Positions 57,836 through 64,000 of a stretch of DNA of 64,000 nt are shown here, in pieces; the first letter of the stretch is position 1, and each line of letters starts with the position of its first letter. Origin of the DNA: the human T2T-CHM13v2.0 reference genome, Homo sapiens; assembly GCF_009914755.1 (NCBI RefSeq), contig NC_060929.1. One strand, written 5' to 3'. The translations under genes were made by a program, and so were the position numbers. A model generated the notes under the pieces. It saw only the letters and a list, made by a program, of their open reading frames with translations. It ran no database searches and was not told the origin of the DNA.

Positions 57836-58754
57836 ATTCCTTCTTAAATAGAGCCAGAGTCTTACAGCTCTTTCAGCTATACCTCCTATTATTCCACAAA
57901 AGTCCTATTGATATGGTGGTAGAATATGAGGAAATGAGAAGCATTTTATAATCCTATGATTATATCTCAGTCTTTTAGAAAACCTGTGTCCCTGGGCTGT
58001 GACCTTCACAAGGGCTTCTCAGCTTTTTAAAAAAATTCATTACTTAGGTGAGATAGCAAGGCCAGAGAGGACTTTATTTGGGTGTTTCCCTTCCCCAAAG
58101 AAGGGAAAAATTACCAAATCCAAGTCCTCTAGGACCCACTCGGGTCAGTTAGGCTCTGGCAAAACTCAAGTTTGTTAGGTTCTGATAAAATATTTTTCTA
58201 AGGGTAGACCTTTGTTAAGGAGAACAGAGAGCTCTGGATATATTTTTAAATGGTTATAGTTTCCCTTCCCCTGCCAGAAGCATGAATAGATTTTTCTTCA
58301 GTCTTCACAATAAGAACCAGGCGGGGATCCTATAGGCAAAGCTCATAAAAGTTTGGGGACTTCCAAAAATACCTTCCAGAATTTTTAATTCTCAAGCTAG
58401 TCTACACTGAGCCTCTAGAATTTATCAAATAAAGTTCAAGTATTCCTACTGATGCTGGCTCCATCTGAAAGCTTTTTCTCCTGGGCTGCTGCTTCCAGTA
58501 AGGTAAGTTAGGGTTCTTTGTAACCCCCTTCCCTCCAGTTTTCAGGGCAGCAGTTTGTCCTGTGACCTCAATTCTTTGTGGGCCTAAAAAGGGATCTTGA
58601 TTTTCAGTTTGTTCAATTTTCTTTTTGTGGTGAGGACAGGAATGATGACTTTCAAGCTCTTTTCATGTCAGACTAGAACCTGGAAAAGAAAGACTCATAT
58701 GCTTCCTTTTAATCAACGTATTTACTTCACTTTGGTTCATTCATTCTTATTGCC

Positions 58755-59303
58755 TGTATTAGTCAGGGTTATCTAGAGGGACAGAACTAGTAGGATATAT
58801 GTATATATGAAAGGGAATTTATTAAGGAGAGTTGACTTACATGATCACAGGGTAAAGTCCCACAATAGGCCATCTGAAAGTTGAGGAGCAAGGAAGCCAG
58901 TGGTGAATCAGTCCAAGCCCCAAAACTTCAAAAGTAGGGAAACTGACAGTCTGTAGCCAAAGACCCAAGAGCCCCTGGCAAACCACAGGTGTAATTTCCA
59001 AGAGTCCAAAAGCTGAAGAACTTGGAGTCCGATATTCGAAGGCAGGAAGCATCCAGCACAGGAGAAAGATGAAGACCAGAAGACTCAGCAAGTCAAGTTC
59101 TTCCACGTTGTTCTGTCTGCTTTATTCTAGCCATACTGGCAGCTGATTGGCTGATGTCCACCCAGATTGAGGGTGGGTCTGACTCTCCCAGTCCACTGAC
59201 TCAAATGTTAATCTCCTTTGGCAACACCCTCACAGACACACCCAGGAATAATACTTTGCATCCTTCAATACAATCAAGTTGACACTCAATATTAACTATT
59301 GCA
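58755..59303 (-). mobile_element. MLT2-family (ERVL) solo LTR
   Basis: TGTATTAGTCAGGGTTATCTAGAGGGACAGAACTA...CAATCAAGTTGACACTCAATATTAAC. Confidence 0.92.
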
Positions 59304-60269
59304 TCACTCAACATTTCATTTTTTTCCATATTCAAACATATCTTCATTCATAAGCTATGCCTTCAAATGCAATGATTCTCTGTAATTATGGAGTCATGAG
59401 GTAAGTAGAGATCAATAGAAAAATTCATAAAAAGGAAACATTCACTGAAGAATCACTTCTTGCTTTTGTGAAAAGAGCATTTAGGGAAGACTCTTCTTCA
59501 GTTCTTTTTTAAAAAACTATCATTTTGTATATTTTGTTGTTAGAATTATGTAGCCTTATTTTTAGTGGCATGATAAATTTAAATGCTCAGCATTAACTAT
59601 AAACACTATGGGGAAAACTTACAAGCAGAGAAGTTGCAGAGTGCACAGGTCCCTGAACTCTCATTACACTGACAGACAGAGAGCGTCACCCTACTCTTCT
59701 TCTGCAGCTTGGACATAATTTTATTTTTGGCAATATGTGGTCATATACATTTTGAATTTTTTTAATCTGCTATAAAATTTGGAAATTCCTAAGAAAATGA
59801 ACTGTATTTTAACCATGCACCTGGCACGCAGCCAGCAGGCAGTTGCATTCAGTTATTGTTTCTTGAATAGACGGATGAAAATAGCAAATGCATTTCCTAT
59901 GTTACAATATGTCACTTCCATATTTTTCCATTAACATAACATTTTATCCTTTACATAAAAGTATTACAAATATCATTACCTGATCATTCTTCTTATTGAG
60001 TGATTTTAATATTTTTCGTTTTATTTTTCTTTTTGCATGATTTATTTTAGGATATTACATTTGCATTTGAAAATCTGATGTTGTGCTTCTTCTTCCTCAG
60101 AAATGCTCATAAAACTACACACATGGTGTTTTATTTATAGTTGCAAGGTCAAAACTCCTTCCAGCCCTAAAATATTTTTCAACTCTGGACAAAGGACTTT
60201 GGTTCTAAAAGTACTGTTAGCATATTCCACGATCATTTTTCCTCCTCTCCTGTTCCTTCCCTTCCTCTT

Positions 60270-62560
60270 CCTTCTTTCCCTTCTATTCCAAGTATATAAT
60301 AAAGTGTACAAATCTTGTTTACAGCATAATGGTATTTTTCATATTGGTGCATTCATGTAACTATCACTCACATAAAATATAGCTTTGCCAGTACCCTCGA
60401 AAAACCTCTTGTCCCCCTAACTGTCAATACCCTCATTTGGAATTAAAAACTACTCTCTAAGATCACTGATGGATTTTACCTATTTTTGAATTTCATATAG
60501 ATTGAATTATGCAGTATATATTCTTATATCTGGCTTTGCTTCCTTACCTTTATGTCATTTAATAAACTAGTAAGAGTAAATAAACTAGTGATACACAGGT
60601 CACCTATGTTACTTGTGTATCACTAGTTTATTCATTTTTACTTCTCTGTACTATTTCATTACGATATGAGTATACAACCAGTTATTTATCAGTTTATTTT
60701 TTGATGTGAGTTTGGATTGTATTCATCTGTTGACTATTATTTGCTGTTATGAACACGCGTGTCTTGGTTGAAATGCACACTCTTTCTCCTAAGTTTGCAC
60801 CTACAAGTGGAATTGCTAAGACAGGCCAAGCTTTATGATCATGCCACCAGTCTAGCAGAGTCCTGAGCTTAGAAGAGCTCCTTGCTTGGGGCTTAATGCT
60901 TTGCAATTGCCATGTTGAATTCCTTAATAATTTTATCTTTGAATTTGTGGAAGTAAAGTCTGTTAGAACAATAAAGAGTGTGCTGAGGCCTGGAACCTTG
61001 GCTCCTGCCCTGTCCTGCCTCACATAATCTTTTTGTTTGTCCCCCTGAAATGGATTCTCAGCTGTTGCCCAAACATTTCATCTTAGCGTTCCAGGTTTGA
61101 ACTCGCCCTCACTGCCTCACCCAGAAACTGCTGCTTTTCCTCTCCTGTGTTGTGACGGAGCCAGGAGCGGTGGGCCAGAGCCAGCAGTGCTTGCAACATG
61201 GCCTCTCTAAACATGGAATGGTGGCAGCACTCCTAGTCCAGGACTGGAGGTGACTCTGCGGGAATGAGCCCCTTGCCTAAAGTCAATTCAGGAACCTAGC
61301 ATGCCTCTGCACAGGGGTTAAAATAGCCTTGGAGGTTGCCCTTCTTCTATTGTGGTAGGGGTGGGGTGGTGGCCTGTGGTTAGGGTAGATGTCTGGCTCA
61401 ATTTCCTTGCTCTGGGTGGGACACAGCATGTTGGTTTCCTGGTTAAGCACGGGACTTGGCAGGGGTGGACTTTAGTGGGCTGGGCGCATGTGCTGAGTAG
61501 TGGTGTGGGACCCTCAGGCACCTACTAGGGTTTGCACTTACCCTACTATTATCCCCATGCCCAGGAGAGTGCAATATTAAATAGCAAGTAAAAACACAAA
61601 ACACATGACAAGTCAAGAAAGAAAGATCACAGAAGAAAGAAAACAGTTTTATATTTTTAATAACTGCAATAGTGCTTTTCCCCTGTTACTTCTTATTTAA
61701 TTTTACAGGGAGCTGCCCAAACATGTATCCAATGCTATGTTGCATCATAGAGTACATGTATGTTTATCTTTTGTAAATAATACCAAACAGTTTTCCAAAG
61801 CAATTTTGCCATTTTCTATTTCCATCAGGAATATCTGAGTTACAGATGTTCCAAATCCTTGCTGATGCTTGATGTTTTCAGGGTTTTAAATTGTAGCATA
61901 ATGACTACATACAATGAGTTGGTTTTCAGAGTTATCTTAGTCTATTTACAATTAGCATTTCCTTGATGACTAATGATGTTGAATACTTTTCCATATGCTT
62001 TGTTGCCATTTAGACTTCATCTGATAAGTACCTTCCCAACGCCTGTGATTGATCACTAATTTTTATGAATTTTTTTCTATATGCCACCCAGTTGATCCGG
62101 TATCATTTTTGAAGAGACTCTCTTTTCTCCACTGAATTGAAGTGACATGTGGATCTGCTTTTAAGTCCTTTCTTTTCTTTGATCCATATATCTATTCCTT
62201 CATCCATATGCCTTAATTGCTGACAATTTATAGTAAAACATGGCATCTGTTAGTGCAGCTCCTCAATTTTGTTCTTACTCTTTCAGATATTTTTGTATTC
62301 TCGATTCCTTATATTTTCATATAAAATTTAAAATCATCCTATCAATTACACCAAGGAAAAAAGCTCCTGGGATTTTTTATTGGGATCATATTTTATTTTT
62401 AGGTTATTTAAGGGTAAAAGACATCTTCACAAAATAAGTATCCTAATCTGTGATCATGACAGAATTCTCCATTTATTTTGGCCCTCTGGAATTTCTGTCA
62501 GCAATGTTTGGTAATTTTAGTATATAGGTCATTGACACTTTCATTCCAAATACTCCTTAA
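60270..62560 (-). mobile_element. Old L1M (L1ME/MC-like) 3' region split by a MER45-like element
   Basis: ...CCTACAAGTGGAATTGCT resumes near 61745 as ...CCAAACAGTTTTCCAAAG...CATTTCCTTGATGACTAATGATGTTGA. Confidence 0.7.
60822..61738 (+). mobile_element. MER45-group (hAT-Tip100) DNA transposon fossil
   Basis: CAGGCCAAGCTTTATG...CTTAATGCTTTGCAATTGCCATGTTGAATTCCTTAATAATTTT resembles the MER45 left end; GC-richer interior; interrupts the L1M. Confidence 0.65.
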
Positions 62561-62907
62561 GTTAAACTTTGAAATATACATTTTATATTTCTCTTTCCTA
62601 AATAAAATTTACATGTGACTCATTGCACTTGGTAAATATGTTACAGTACTAATGGTGATATACAAATTCAGTTTCTAAAAGCATTACAAGTTGTATTTGT
62701 TGCTATAAATTGAGATTTGAGGCTGTATCTGCATGTAAGACCAATTAATCATGTCAAATTATTATTAAAAATCAGTGAACATATGACTTGAAACAAAGAC
62801 CCAGAAGGGGCAATGACTTTCTTTCAAAGATCTTTTGTATAGTCTCAGGTAGGAAACTATTAGTAACAGACAGATGTTGAGCTAGTCCTATTTAGATATG
62901 AAATGAG

Positions 62908-62943
62908 CGCACACACACACTCACACACAAACACACACACACA
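62908..62943. repeat. (CA)n microsatellite
   Basis: Read directly. Confidence 0.9.
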
Positions 62944-63282
62944 GCAATTCTCAAAAATCATCTCCAGCAAAGTTGAAATAGAATTAATTTTTGCCAAACC
63001 AACCCTAAGAGTAAATATCTCTCAACAAGTTGCAATGCATGCGTATACGACACCTGAAACAAGGCTGAGGTAAGAGCTACTAGACTTGAGGTGAACAAAA
63101 ATAAGGAGACCTTGCCAGAGAAACAGGGAAAAATTCTTTTTGCACACCAAAGGAAAGCAACCTAATCATATAATTTTTGTCACATTGTATTTGGATTATG
63201 GAAAAGTGGATAACTAGATTCAATTCAAATAAAAGACCAAGAATGAAATTCTTTGAGTTGCCTAATAGTAATAATAAGAATA

Positions 63283-63629
63283 CAGTTGGCCCTCTGTATC
63301 CACAGGTCCCACATCTGTGGATTCACCCAACTGCAAATCAAAAGTATTTGAAAAATCCTTGAACTTAGGGGCAAAGGAAAAAAAAGTATTGAAAAAAATA
63401 AAGAAACAAAAACACAACAATAAAAAATAATATTTTAAAAACCAATACAGTATAACAACTATTTATATAGCATTTATATTTTTAGGTACTGTTAGTAATC
63501 TAGAAATAATTAAAATATATGGAGGGATTTGTACAGGTATATGCAAATACTATGCCATTTTTTTCAAGGGACTTGAGCATTGATAGATTTTGGTATCCTT
63601 AGGGGTCCATCCACACCAAGGGACAACGG
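63283..63629. mobile_element. MER2-family (TcMar-Tigger) DNA transposon
   Basis: TA|CAGTTGGCCCTCTGTATCC...CCAAGGGACAACGG|TA inverted termini with TA duplication. Confidence 0.88.
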
Positions 63630-63634
63630 TAATT

Positions 63635-63785
63635 TTATTATTTTTCCAGGCAGTATTCTAAATATTTGACATACATTAGCTCATTTAATCTTCACAGTAT
63701 CTGCATGAGGCATGTGTTATTATCATCACAGTGCTCGAGATATGATTGAAACCAGAAAGTTGACTTCAGAGACCATGCTCTGAAA
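63635..63785 (-). mobile_element. MIR
   Basis: CCAGGCAGTATTCTAAA...AGCTCATTTAATCTTCACAG...TGAGG. Confidence 0.7.
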
Positions 63786-63884
63786 AGGGGAGAGTACCTC
63801 AAATGTAAGGTGAGAAGCCGCAAAGTTTAAAGATTAACTGAATTATGCAAAATTAAACAAAGAGAAACAATGCATACATAGCCC

Positions 63885-64000
63885 ATTCTTTCCTTTTCTT
63901 TCTTTTTCTTTTCCTTTTTTTTGAGACAGGGTCTCCCTCTGTCACCCAGGCTGGAGTGCAGAGATGCGAACATGGCTCACTGTAGCCTCAACCTCCTGGG
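63885..64000 (-). mobile_element. AluJ-like 3' end, runs off the window
   Basis: T-rich tail followed by GAGACAGGGTCTCCCTCTGTCACCCAGGCTGG...CACTGTAGCCTCAACCTCCTGGG. Confidence 0.9.

Larger units (their letters stand above)
56283..58685 (-). mobile_element. Old L1M (L1MC/MD-like) 5'/ORF1 region hosting an Alu and an LTR
   Basis: T-rich antisense L1M motifs (TTAAATTCTTGGTCTGATAATTCCAA; CCTGTGACCTCAATTCT...GACTTTCAAGCTCTTTTCATG). Confidence 0.65.

Noticed and set aside
61080-61560. GC-richer patch as a promoter or CpG island
   Set aside because: It is CpG-poor and explained by the interior of the MER45-like element.

Overview
This is AT-rich, CpG-poor primate (human-like) non-coding DNA made mostly of nested transposable elements. 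These include L1 retrotransposons of several ages, Alus, MIR/L2, MaLR and ERVL solo LTRs, TcMar-Tigger and hAT DNA transposon fossils, and one two-LTR ERV1 (MER50-like) provirus of about 7.8 kb with a tRNA-Pro PBS, a CTCT target-site duplication (TSD) and only vestigial gag/env. I find no credible host CDS, RNA gene, CRISPR array or new multi-gene system; the recognisable ORFs are broken L1, Alu or ERV fragments. The interesting signal lies in insertion and repair scars: three 5'-inverted L1s (one only 53 bp with a 20-bp TSD), an unrecognised 125-bp segment carried at the 3' end of a near-full-length L1PB, a 21-bp hairpin-unit tandem array that looks like fold-back synthesis, reuse of the same L1 site by two independent insertions, and a tail-less L1 fragment joining unrelated flanks. 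Subfamily names come from recalled consensus sequences and need confirmation with RepeatMasker/Dfam.
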